This document shows, one piece after another, positions 1 to 12,596 of a DNA stretch of 64,000 nt (positions are counted from its first letter, which is position 1; each line of letters begins with the position of its first letter). The position numbers and the translations under genes are program-made. The notes below the pieces were generated by a model. That model was given only the letters and a program-made list of their open reading frames with translations. It had not been told where the DNA came from and searched no databases. The stretch comes from Parasitella parasitica NRRL 2501 (taxonomy: Eukaryota > Fungi > Mucoromycota). Location of the stretch: the NCBI GenBank assembly GCA_025201805.1, contig MU619305.1:105585-169584 (forward strand), written 5' to 3'.

Positions 1-357
1 AAAGCCATGTGGGGAACCACTCGTGCTCTGATTAATAATGCCATTTTAGGCGTATCTGATGGATACAAGGTTTATTTGCGTTTGGTTGGTGTTGGTTATA
101 GAGGCATGCTCGAGAACAATGACAGAGTTTTATCGCTTAAACTGGGCTATTCTCATCCTATTCAAATGGACCTACCTGAGGGCGTAACTTGCTCAGTTCC
201 TGCTCCTAATCGCATTATATTACGAGGAATCAATCTTCAGCATGTTACAGAATTCGCTGCAAAAGTTCAACGTTGGAGAATGCCAGAACCTTATAATCAA
301 AAGGGCATTTTCATCAATGATGAAACTATCAAAAAGAAGGAAGGAAAAAAGAAGTAG
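1..357 (+). CDS. MRPL6: Mitochondrial ribosomal protein uL6m (3' part; 5' end lies outside window)
   Basis: GTTRALINNAILGVSDGY, LRLVGVGYR, LKLGYSHPI, PEPYNQKGI..KEGKKK are uL6 family motifs; frame open from base 1. Confidence 0.93.
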   Translation, partial: KAMWGTTRALINNAILGVSDGYKVYLRLVGVGYRGMLENNDRVLSLKLGYSHPIQMDLPEGVTCSVPAPNRIILRGINLQHVTEFAAKVQRWRMPEPYNQKGIFINDETIKKKEGKKK

Positions 358-470
358 ATTTGTATGTAAATCTACACATATACATACATCAAGCCCCCTT
401 TTTTTTTAGACTAAAACATCATAATAAAATGAAGAAAAAATCTTATATTATTGTATATATGCAAATCATT

Positions 471-2042
471 TTATTTTGAGGCAACATAAGCCATGTTTCT
501 TGGGGATACGGACTGTTCAAATAATGGATACATGTATACTCCCTTGCTGTGGCATTGACTCTGCTTGGTAGAATCTCTGAGATATAGCCATCTGTCGACC
601 AAGATGATGCTCTCAACAACCGGCGCCAATAAGCATCGTAATGTCCACAAGGTTACAAATTGCTTGTCTACTTGCTTTTCCTTGGATTTTAGGTAATGTA
701 GCTCTGCTTCTTCTGATGAGATGGTATCTTCTGGTAAGCCTAGTCTCTTGATCGATGCTTTAACAAATGGAACAAATGCCTTGTTCTGTTTGATACGTCC
801 CAGTCTCGGTGGCTCATTTATATCAGACATACCTTTCTCTACCAACAGCTCCTAACGTAACATTTAGAAAGTTAAAGGACCCAACCCTAACCCTAACGCA
901 AATTTAAGAAACGTATCATACCTGTAACAGTGCTCTGAAGTAGTAATTGTCAAATGCTTTAATACATTGCTCCCCTTCATCGACCCAGCGAGATGGTGAA
1001 TGGCAAGCCAAAACTTGAGCGGTGGACCCAATCTTGATCAAATCATCCTTTTCTTTTAAATACTCGCTCATAGGGAACCCTGTTGCCGTGAGAGCGTTGT
1101 AACAACATCCTACATTTACTACGCAGGAAACCTCTCGGCTTTTAGCAAACAGATTGAATATCATGGGAGACAGATCACCGCATGTGTGTAATCCAGTAAC
1201 AAGCCATTTTTTATCCCGAGTGGAGTCGGGGCTCCACTTTCCCAATACCTGAGAAACATTTTCAGGCGTGATTTTTTCAGTTACATGCTTTAGATTTGGT
1301 TGCTGTTCCTTGTCCTCGTTCTTCGCGCCTTGCGATTTCAATGCTTTCTTGTCAAATTTGACAGCACCTTGTGTTTGTATTTCAGACATGTCAACAGCCA
1401 AAACTTCCATCCCATAGTCAAATGCTAAAGCTCGAGACAAGTATCCCTGCCCTGATCCAAGATCGATAACTGAATTGATGCCTCTCTCGTCCGCCACATT
1501 TTTAATCAACTGGCTCATAAACTTTACTTCGTGGATCTTTTTGTCGTTCATGCCGCCCAGAATATGTTTGCTAACATTCTGTTGTTGCTGCAAAGTGGCT
1601 TCATCAACATCTATAGTCACCTGTTGGCTATCTAAATCAAGCAAGCTCGCGATAATTCATACCTCTGGGCAAAGCTAAATCTCTAGCTGTTTCCAAATAG
1701 TTTTTCAATGATTCAGGCCAAATTGACTTATGTGGAACACCATTTATTAGTTTAACAAGCACAATCAGCTTAGCTATAACTTACATAATCACTCTTTTTA
1801 GAAGTCAAATCTAATACAGCATATGCCCAATTATCCCCTGCCTCTTCTATTCGCCTCATGAGTGCTTCTCTCCACTCTAATGGAAATTTTTCCCATTCTT
1901 TGCGAGTTACAAAGTTAAAGGCCAAGACGTGAATCAACCAATGGTATTCCTTATAGAAGCTCATGAGCCTTTCCAAATATTGCTCAGGGGTATCGTTGCT
2001 ATATTTTGGAGGTAATGGTAGCGGAATTCTAGAGGCGAGCAT
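471..2042 (-). CDS. METTL25/RRNAD1-like SAM-dependent methyltransferase (Methyltransf_32), multi-exon
   Basis: KKIHEV, VIDLGSGQGYL (motif I), GLHTCGDL, NVGCCYN, LAPVVESIILVDRWLYL, PLFEQSVSPRN; ATG at 2042, GT-AG introns. Confidence 0.88.
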
Positions 2043-2163
2043 AATATTATATTGAAAAGACACAAGTGAAAAAGGGAGAATTTTTCCAGCATCTACCTTT
2101 ATTTTGGCTGAATTACAATTGAAGATACAATGCCTCCAGTATCTCCAGGGCCAAACGGCGCTT

Positions 2164-2274
2164 GTGTATACGGAGGTAGATAGATATGCTGCTGTTTAAG
2201 TTTCTTTAGCCGTATGAGTTGGTGCATTGTCCAGAACAATGTAAGATCTTTTCATCTGAGGAAATTGGACCCAT
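2164..2274 (-). mobile_element. Degenerate Tc1/mariner-IS630 (DDE_3) transposase fragment
   Basis: Minus strand reads QFPQMKRSYIVLDNAPTHTAKET* then, in another frame, HIYLPPYT: the DNAPxH and YLPPYSP motifs of DDE_3 transposases, with stop, deletion and frameshift. Confidence 0.7.
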
Positions 2275-3880
2275 GCAGTACATTAGTAAAAAAAAAAAAA
2301 AAAAAGTCAATCAAATAACTGGATACAGAAAAAAAGTGAATGTAGGGACTCAGTAATATGTCAATTGCATTTGCTTACCACCAAAAATTGCTACCACTCT
2401 TTACCGCCAAAGCCGTCTTCTGTGAAAAGTTTACACTCATTATTACTGCGAATGTGATGAGACAAGGGAAAAGGTCTTGGTTTGACTTTTTGCTTGTTTA
2501 TTAAATATAAACGTAATTCGAGATTGCCAAATGAGCAATTTGGATTAATCAACAGCGCAAATTGGGTTCTGTCAAAAAGCATCAATTGAGAAGTTCGAAA
2601 GCGCAAGGTGTTTTTAAAAAAAAAAAGCCATTTGGCATTGGAGGCGCTGGGTGTGTAGACAGCTATTAGAGATGCATACCACCTTTGTGTCATCAATTTG
2701 ACCCTCATGTCATTGAGATGTAAGACAGTTACGTAAATACTCAAACACTCCATTTCGACTGTATAAGAGATAGATACTATTCAGCAGTTTTGGCAGAATT
2801 TTTAGACGGGAACTATATGAAACAGCAAAAAAATCAAATATAACGATATTGCACAGGGCTATACAATAAAATAAAAAAATACGCACGTTGTAAAGCATGA
2901 CTTTTTCCTGCAAATGTAAAAGAGAAATGCTGGGCGCCAAGATGCAATTGCCTCCATCAATCATGAATCATCATGATCGGTTCTTTTATTATGTATGCAT
3001 ATGATGATGTTGTGTACGCATAAGCCAGTTTGTATCATGGTAATAAGGTTTCTTGGGAGGAAGGTGAATTTTGTCCGTGTACTGTATAATGAAAAGATAA
3101 ACTGGGTAAAATGTCTTTATATAGACGCATGTCCAAATCCCTCGATTAATGGGCATTGGCCATTCAAAAAGACACTTGATTTCTGTCCAAGGCGTTTTCT
3201 GACTTTATGCAAAAAAGACATTTTTGAGATATTCCATTAGTTGGCACTTGTATAATATCGCCAACAAAAGGGCCAGAGATGTTTGAATACCAAGACCTCA
3301 TAAATATATAATTTCAATAAAGGAAATATAGGTATCACAATAAATCCAGGAAGTAAAGAGATTGGCCATGTGTCCTCTCAATCTGAGGATTACGAATGAA
3401 AGTATCATGAAACACGCCATAAAATAACACTTATTAAACGTAAATTCTGGACCGCAAAGTGTTGATTATACATTTAACGGATAAATAATTCATCATATCT
3501 TTCTGTGCAACCCTTGTACGCTCTTCTATCCATTAAACAGTAATCTAGGAGAACTGTTGTCAAATCAACAGGAAGCTTAGTAGTAAAAATACGGGCCTCA
3601 TAAACAGCCGATAACTTTTTGTAATACCTGAAAAAAATAAGACTTGATTAATAATAACAATTAATTTTTTATTAGCATGCAAATAAACATGGTTATATTA
3701 GTATTATTATGGATTAAACAGTAGAAGGAACGAAAGGAAAATGAAATAACAAAGAGGAAAGAATAGACAGGTACGAGTGAGATTTGGTGTACAAATTAGA
3801 AGGTATGCAAAATAATACACTTTGTATATTGAGATCCTTCCTGGAAAGGGAGAGGGATCGCCAGAGACAGATAGAAGAGA

Positions 3881-3930
3881 GAGTAAGAGAGAGTAAGACA
3901 GAGTAAGAGAGAATAAGAGAGGGTAAGAGC
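3881..3930. repeat. Imperfect 10-bp purine-rich tandem repeat (GAGTAAGAGA x5) downstream of the LCB2 stop
   Basis: gagtaagaga gagtaagaca gagtaagaga gaataagaga gggtaagagc read directly. Confidence 0.85.
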
Positions 3931-4027
3931 GAGAGAAAGATAGCAAGCAAGGGGTTTCGTTGCTCACTATACTACATGCAGGAGGCGGGAGATATTGGTA
4001 AAGATACGTCGGAAAGCGAGCATTCTA

Positions 4028-5885
4028 TTATTTGGGAACTTCACTAACTTTGAGAAGTAAAGTATCGCCAACTTCGCTGATGGCTTCTAAGGTTCTATCA
4101 ATATCTTCCTTGGTATGAGCAGAGGACAAACAAAAACGAGCACGAGAAGTAATAATAGGAGTAGCAGGATATCCAACAACTACTGTCGCAATACCACGCT
4201 TTAGCAACTCACGAGAAAAGGCGGGAATCTTTGCAGGGTTAAAAAGCAAGAGGGGGATGACAGGACTTCCTTGATCACCGTAAACGATGAAGCCCATCTC
4301 TCTCAAGCGTTCGATAAAGTAAAGAGAGTTTTCAGCTAACTGCTTAATCTTCTTACGACCGATGTCAGTACCATCTTCGCCGCAAATAATCTTCATGGAA
4401 GTGATGACTTGTTGAGCAACAGGGACAGAAATAGATTCAGCATAGTTGTAAGCATGATTGCGCAAACGCAAATGGTCAATGATAGCTTTATCACCAGCGA
4501 TGTAACCACCAGCAGCACCAAAAGATTTCGTAAATGTGCCCATAAGAAGATCAACCTCTGCAGGGTCAATGCCGTAGAAATCGCACACACCGCCGCCATT
4601 TTCGCCAAGGGCTCCAATCGAATGAGCCTCATCGACATACAAATAAAACTATTGAGAAGGTTAGTAAATAAGGAATAAGTTATATGCACAACTGCATGCG
4701 TGCAATTCTCCTCTTTTGAAGCTGTACCTTGAATTCTTTCTTCAGTTCAATAAGCTCAGGAAGATTCACAATAGTGCCCTCCATAGAGTAAAGGCCTTCA
4801 ACAATAATCAAAATTTTTTTCCAAGGACGATGAGTGCGTGGTTGGCCTTGAGAGATAACCTCACGTAACAATTCACGAAGATCGTCCATGTTGTTGTGTT
4901 TAAAGACACGAACAGAAGCACCAGAAAGACGAACACCGAAAACGATAGATGAATGATTCAGTTCGTCAGAAATAACTAAGCAGCCTTTGCTTACAAGAGC
5001 TGGGATAGTAGTAGAGTTGGTAGCAAAACCCATACTGACACACATAGCATCTTCTTTACCAACAAAACGAGCAACCATTTGTTCCAATTCTTGAACATGC
5101 TTGGTGGTACCAACTTCAGCTCTGGGACTAGCAGCAGTTAGACCTAGCTCTTGAGTAGCTTGTTCAACAGCATCAGCACAAGGGCCAACATTATCAGAGA
5201 AGCCCAAATAATTGTAAGATGCGAAATTGAGAGCTTCAGTTGTTGTACCAGTTAGTCTGAAACTTTTGTTGAAATCAGGAGTGACACGATCAAGCAACTT
5301 TACGGTTCTTGAGGCTACACCAGTGATGGGACGGTTGAAACAATCACTGCAAAAGAAAAAGAAAAAAAAATGAATATATAGAATGTTAGCATCATTCACG
5401 GTGAAACCCATACCGAATTCTAACATAAAGACGTCGAGTATAAAAAGAATCAAAGTCAGAGACAAGAGGAGCATAACCCTACATGCGAATATTCAATATA
5501 CAAGCATGGGCAATAAACCACAAACAAGAGCAATTACCTGGCTCATCTTCAAATGAGTGTAAGCTTGGGGTTTGAACATTTTACCAAGAATATCTCTTAA
5601 ATGACCAAACAGAATCAGTACAAAGTAATTGAGATAAGTACAGACGAGAACATAGAGAGGAGCTGCTTCCATCTTGTGCTCCAAGTCGTCGTATTTCATC
5701 TTGGGTTTGCGAGGGGGCTGCCATCTCTCAGAAGTGTTGGTGACAAAATTTGTTTGTTCTGAGGTTGATTTTGAAAGGGTACCGATAAAATTGGAGGGAG
5801 CATACGAGTGATCTGAGGACGATTTGGGTGTACTCAAATTGATGCTAGGAATGCTAATAGTATGAGCTCTCTTTCCTTTACCCAT
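4028..5885 (-). CDS. LCB2: Serine palmitoyltransferase catalytic subunit 2, multi-exon
   Basis: PLP-lysine motif [42 protein letters not shown]. Confidence 0.96.
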
Positions 5886-6119
5886 TGTGTGCGATAACTA
5901 AACGTATGTAGATTTTATGGAGAAAAGAAAGAAGAAGAAATTTCAAATACTTTTTGTGTCATATATTTATATTGTTTTTCCATTAGCAACTCAGTGGGTC
6001 ATTCTAACTGGTAGCCTCTTTATTGTGGTTTCAACAAGCGATAACTCTCAAACATTTGGAACAGACGTGATAATTGTCAATACTGTCATTTCATTTATCC
6101 CGCAAGGTTATAGATCATT

Positions 6120-6553
6120 CTAAATGACTTTATTTCGAAGTTCAACTACCTTTTCGTATAGCTCCATATCAATTGTGTTCACACATCGAATAATCCTTGC
6201 TTGAAGTACTGTCGAGCCATTGGCCACCTACGTTGGAATTAAGGCATGCAATCTAAGCAGCAAACTATTTTACCTCCATAATCTCTCCTATACACTGGAC
6301 AAGGTCTCCTTTTTGTGCTATTATTTGATCCACTTGACTTAAGTTTATTATCGCTTCCACATCGTTGTATCGAAGTGTCGCTGTGTTTTTAGATTCGTCA
6401 TATACCTCCCATCTATACAATGAGAAATGAGGATTGCGGCTTTTTTTATACGTCATCTTGACTTTACAATCCTGTAATTCGAACAGAGTCTCCTTCTCGA
6501 TAATTTTTCAAATCTTTAAACAAAACTAATCTTGCAGATGGTACGTTGGACAT
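6120..6553 (-). CDS. TEN1: CST telomere-capping complex subunit Ten1 (OB fold), 3 exons
   Basis: MSNVPSARLVLF..GDSVRITG / YDESKNTATL..GDLVQCIGEI / VLQARIIRCVNTIDMELYEKVVELR* matches Ten1 pattern (GxxVRxxG, LxAR..DxxLY). Confidence 0.8.
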
Positions 6554-6721
6554 AATTACAACTCGTATATCTTGACAAACCAAAGAGCATATCATCTCTG
6601 CAGACATCTGTTTAGAAAATTTCAATAGACTCCATGTGACAGGGTTTTGAATGAGATTTGCCTTCACGTTCTGTCCTAATTTGGTTTATCTCTCTTTACA
6701 TTATTTACATCAGACCACAAT

Positions 6722-7902
6722 ATGTGTAGTCCAAAAGTAATGGCCTCTACGCTAAAGGCAAAAGGTTTCGGAGACCACAATATACTTGGCGGATTCGATG
6801 ATAATTATTCCTTCCCGAGACAGCTCATTCCGGAGACTTTGAGAGGTAAACCACTTACACTGTTGCCATAGAAATAACAGAGCTGATTACTAATTGCGAA
6901 GGTAATCACAGATGATAGTAAAATACCACTTGTCATTGTCGCATGTGGATCATATTCTCCCATAACATATCTACATTTACGGATGTTTGGTAAGATCGAA
7001 TGGGAATACAACCCAGGAAATTGGAGATTTATTTTGTGAATCTTAGAAATGGCAAAAGGTCATTTCAACGAGCGTAATGGATACGAACTTATTGCGGGAT
7101 ACTATTCGCCTGTATCAGATGCTTACATGAAAGAAGGATTAGCAAAAGCTAGCCATAGAGTGAATATGTGCCAGTTGGCAGTGGACAGCACATCAGATTG
7201 GTTAATGGTAGACTCTTGGGAATCAAGACAGCCAATGTATCAAAGAACTGCTTTTGTTTTGGATCATTTTAACCATGAATTGAATATTATTGGAGGCGGT
7301 ATTAAAACTAATACAGGTAGAAAATATCGAAAACCAGCAGATACAAGTTGTTTAACAGAGTTGTATACAGGCCAAGTAAAAGAGATCAAAATAATGCTAT
7401 TAGCTGGTGGTGATTTAATGGCTTCATTTGGGCATCCTGGTGTCTGGACACCAGAAGATGTAAGTTACAATGTTTATACACTACACATATAGTGAGTCAT
7501 CTTCTGATTTCCATTCTTTAGCTTCATCAGATTGTGGGTAAATATGGCTGTGTGATTATCGAAAGAACCGGAACAGATGTGTACGGATTTTTACTTTCGC
7601 ATGATATTTTATATCAACATAGAGTACGTTTAGACTAATTTGGATGAGAAGGAAACAGACCAAGTGCTGAAACCCTAATTATTTTATAGATGAATGTTAT
7701 TATTATCAAACAGTTAATACATAACGATATCAGCTCAACAAAAATTAGGTATAGTTAAAATTTACTGAATGAAATGAAATTTAATGAAGTGTCTGGTAGA
7801 TTATTTGTGAAAAGAGGCATGTCTATCAAATATCTACTTCCTAACCCCGTCATAGACTATATTTCAGCTCATAGATTGTATTTACCTCAGCCTGATTTAT
7901 AA
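6722..7902 (+). CDS. NMA1: Nicotinamide/nicotinate mononucleotide adenylyltransferase (NMNAT), multi-exon
   Basis: Spliced frame gives ACGSYSPITYLHLRMFEMA, SPVSDAY, LLAGGDL, HNDISSTKIRLF, SIKYLLP. Confidence 0.93.
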
Positions 7903-10702
7903 ATCAACGCAAAATTTTGTATCATAAACCTTATTAGTTTTCTTTTCTCACTTTGATAATCATTTCCTAATTCTTATTTTTCGTATCGATTATTCTAGAT
8001 TCGTGACATTCCCCACATAAAAAGATTACTTATATTTCTAAATGGTAAATCGCTGTCAATGAACAATATGAATGATATGCCTTGCATAAAAATGAAGTAG
8101 AGAGGAAAATCAAATAATAATTTTGCTGCCTCGCCGCAACAGTTGTTATTGATGAAGTTGCATTATGTGATGTAGTAACCTGAAATGCTTTATGAGCTCT
8201 AAACTACCTATTGGGAATTACAGATGACATCAAATAAGAAAAAGGCGTTGTTAAATGATTTGCATCGTTTTGCATTCATCACAATACAGCACTCAAAAAT
8301 AAAAGAGACCCACCCTCGTTTTCATATATTTCATCAATCAAGAACAGTTTCGTTATATTAACATGTTGTGCCAGATCTTGAAAAATGTGACATGAATGGT
8401 TCCTGAGTATTTTGAAACTCGATAAACCGTTTCTGAAATAGTCTAAGACTACTGTATAGTAATATTAAATAATGAATTCTAGCTTTATATATATGCTATT
8501 ACTGTAGTTACTGTGGATAAATACCTAAGCTAATAAATTCCTACCATTAGGAGCATAGTTTTTAATATACATAGTAGGAATACATAACCAAAACAGGATG
8601 TCCAGTCAGTGACAATAAATATGAAACGAGCTTCGCACGCGGGGTCCTATTAATAGTAAACAGTGTTAAAGGAAAACCTCAGTGGAGACGATATTTTTCT
8701 TGCAAATGGGTGGAATTCGTCTTTTCGTCTCATTTTCAGATTGCTTTATGAGAAATTTTATAAGGCTAGGATTCTGACTCTCGAGAGAGCAACGTGTATA
8801 TGGTCATGGGAAAATGCAGCCTTGTTTACAGACATTGCGAAGGCAAGCCTAATAGGAAATTGACGGGAGTTTCATCAGGAGACTTTAAGCAAACTTTTGT
8901 AATAAAATATTCCATTAATATCTGACGCATAGTGTATGATTCTGATTCCAAGGTTTCAAATTAAATCTTTTATAAGCATGATTGTGGTTTACAATAACTT
9001 GATGTCATTCTTTAATACACAGAGAAAAAGACAAGACACGCTAGTTTACAGAAGTTTGTGTTGCCTCAGCCCCAATTAGACTCTCTCTGAATCTTTTTGA
9101 TGGAGGCCTTTGGTCAGACACCAAGGCTAATCAAGTTCTTTTTACTTTATTGCTTGAGATGAACAGCAGAAAGGTACGCTACTTCGTATATTTGTTATCT
9201 TGCCCGTATCAAGACTAAGGAAGATTAAAGCACAATAGGATCCTTCTTGGGTGTTACGAGTTCTGTGTCCTTGGGGTCAAACGATCAAGGTAGCAAGCAT
9301 TCTAGTAAATGAGTACAAAGCATCGTTGATAATTGGCGCAAACAAAAGAAACGCGAAAGTATAAAGTAGACAGTGCCCTCAACACTCATATTTTAGCTAA
9401 TAACCAAGCTCATTACTTTCAACGGTATTATTATATTACTACATTGATCCTCATATATTATGTACTGTAACAACTAAATAGTTTATTTTTGCAAGTTAAC
9501 CTTGTTTAGAATAACAAAATATAGCCAGAAAAATACAATTAGAACTGAATATATTTATTTTGCTATTCCAAGATTGAATGAAGATTTAAACTAGTGTATG
9601 TTTTGAAGGTATTTATAGTTATTTGACAGTGCCGCAGCAATAGGACCATGATCTAGGATGAAGGATAATTGGGTACACCTTGAACCAATCCCTAGGAGCT
9701 TGGTGGATAAGAGTTTCCGAGTTACCAGTAAGACAAGAGCATAGATACGTATAAAGGATAGAATGTTGTTCCTGGAAGCTTTGATGGAAGAACATTCATC
9801 AGGATTAAACACCGACCTCAGGAACCAAATGTCATAGGATATCACCACTTTGTACTGGGATAAAGATTCGCCATTCAAAGTTACCACTTATGTCTCTTTG
9901 CCATGTCTAAATAAAGTCATTCCATTCTACTACGCATTTCTACTCATGCTCGCTTTATGATGTATTATACAGAGTATAATACATTACCGCTAAGATTTGA
10001 TCTGTATCCTAAACAAACCTCCTAAAAGGTAGTTGTTTATCAACCGGTAAACTTTGTTTTGATACAGTTAATCAATGTCCAGCAATTAAAGTGTTAAATA
10101 CCTCATCTTTCTTAAAGAAGCTCTATGAAACGCTAAAGAACTATTTACTCTTCCTGACTCAAATGAATGATTTTAAATACTACAATATATACATTGCTGC
10201 AGTTATATATGATATGCTTGAAAAATCATAAATATCCTGCCTAAACCTCCCCCTTTTTCTAGTGCTTGATTTCTTTTTCACTTTCTTTCACTTTATTTTC
10301 AAAGTATTTTTATTATTTAATTATCATCTATACCACACTGATCATAAGCTATCGTAGAAACAACACTATTAATAAGTGGGACGTAGCTATATATTATATA
10401 CATATTAAGCTTAAATTGTAACATCATATTAAAGCACACTACATAATAAACTTTATTTCCTTCACAAAAAATCCAAAAAAATTTATATGTTCAAGTATCT
10501 AAATAAATTCCTATTTCACATTCCCTTCAAATTCGAACAACAAAATTAATCATCGGTGCCATTACCAGAACAACCACTGCTATATTTAGTTTCATGCATC
10601 TTTACACATCGAAATACACCTGCAATACAACGACAACAATAAATAAAACAATCTAAACTGAAGCATCGTTTACCATACCACGTATCAGAATATCCTACAA
10701 AA

Positions 10703-11364
10703 CTTGCGTGAATCAAGTCCATATACTACCTAGCTTCTATGCCATACTCACCTACGTTACCTCTACTCTTCTTTACAGTTCCTTGAGTGCATGGTGTTTC
10801 TATACAGAGTAATTAAGAAAAAGCTGTGATTTTGTGTGAGTTTGAGTGGGAGAAAGTAGCAAATCAAAGCCTGTCTTATGCGCCATCAAACCAGGCATGA
10901 TTATCGCTATCTGAGCATAACTTGGTTTCCACTGGGCAATGTCTCTATCAAAAGTTATCTGCAAAAACAGTTTTATTTTTCAAGTTTTATTATAAGTATC
11001 AGATATTTGCTCATAACTTTTTTTGCTAAAATGACCATAGAACTGAAACCTAACTTGGAAAAGTTAGCATTGACTTGGCGCTATCTGGAAACAACATTGA
11101 TATTGATCAAAACATTGATATCTATAAAGTAATCAAAAAAAAGCACAAATTTACATATCAGAATTGCATATAATCGATGATACGCTACGCTGCGATAAAG
11201 AGAATAATCCCGATACCTTACGTGAATGAATTCCCCCAAATACTACTACCAATATTTTATGCAGTACTTGCCTATGTTACCTCTACTTCTCTGTGCAGTT
11301 TCGTGTTAGTGGGATGTATCTATATAGAGCAATTAGTAAAAAGCTCTGATCTTAGGTGAATTTG
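10703..11364. repeat. Diverged ~140-150 bp direct repeat pair (10703-10844 and 11217-11364)
   Basis: Shared blocks cgtgaat, tactacc, cctaYgttacctctact, ctataYagagYaatta, aaaaagctStgat, gtgaRtttg in the same order. Confidence 0.75.
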
Positions 11365-12596
11365 CTGCGAAATATGACAATATTGCGCATAACAATATCG
11401 CTTGTCCTGTCAAAGTTTGCAGGTTTATGCAGCACATTACAGAAATTTGATTGATCGTGAAGAAGATTCCCAATATAATCTTTCATTCGTGATTATAATC
11501 ACTTACAGCAATGCATGAACTAACTATTTCAAGAAAATGAAAATGAGGACTTTTTAACGCTACTATGCATTATACAATGTATAACGAGTACAGTAGCAAC
11601 TGTATACAATAAAATTTATATAGGAAAGAATACGGACTTAATTTACCAGATACAAAATACTACTGTCTATTAACAGTAGAATAAATTTACATGGATCGAT
11701 CTATGAATGTAATCAGATCATGTTTGACACTCAATTGTCAAACAAGGGTATGATACAGCAAGAGCTATTCTTACATCAATCAGCTAATCACTATGAATGT
11801 GAATCATTCATCGATAAGTTTATCTTTGCAGTTCAAAAAATGGAAACCAAATACTTTTGCAAGGTATTCTCTTTATTTGTATTTATTATATTAAATAATC
11901 GGTGACATTTATTCTTGGATCCGATTGGGAACGGTTGCCATAACAACTGGATATAATACCGGTATAACGATGTGTATAAATTATGAACATCATAAAAACT
12001 CTTTTTATACATTACTTTTAATAGATACGTCGCTTAGTGGAGACAAAGTTATCCTCAGATAGCCCTGGTCATGCCCGATTTAATGACGCATAAAACAGGC
12101 TTGTATTTGGCTCTATATCGAAGATCATCAGTGATTAAATGGAATTTTGATATTATCATTGATAGAAATACTTTTATTGTATGGTGCTGAGTTGTTGCTA
12201 TGTTTTCCGGGTTTGATCTCGGATCTACTGTTCTTTTAGCAGAGATTATGGGCGAATGTCTTTTATATCTGTTGATTATGAAGAAACAAACTGATTTTAT
12301 ACATAAGTTTTGGCAAACACTTTGCCCAACGAACTTTAAAAATCATCCATATTGATGATCTACATTGGCACAAAGTATGTTGTCAAGAATAAATACAAAG
12401 AAGTGATGCAACAAAAATTTTCAGTTTAGCTCACTTTTGAAGTATTTTTGAAGCTGTCATGATGCATGAATCTGTTTATTAGCACAAATCTAAAGAACAA
12501 GATTCGCAAATCAAACCTGTCATATCTTCTTGGTGTTCAAGATTTCACATCCGTTTTACTGTATCAGATTTGTTTTCGAGTGGGTATGACGATAGT

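Noticed and set aside
881-897. CCAACCCTAACCCTAAC telomere-like repeat
   Set aside because: Only ~2.5 units inside an intron; too short to indicate an interstitial telomere.
2880-3390. Possible decayed LINE C-terminal fragment (LPPK.., QHF.F motifs on - strand)
   Set aside because: Requires several frameshifts and only weak motif resemblance; not supportable without a search.
3707-3967. Hydrophobic ORFs 3707-3967 and 3714-3950
   Set aside because: Translations of the CT-rich tandem repeat in the LCB2 3' region.
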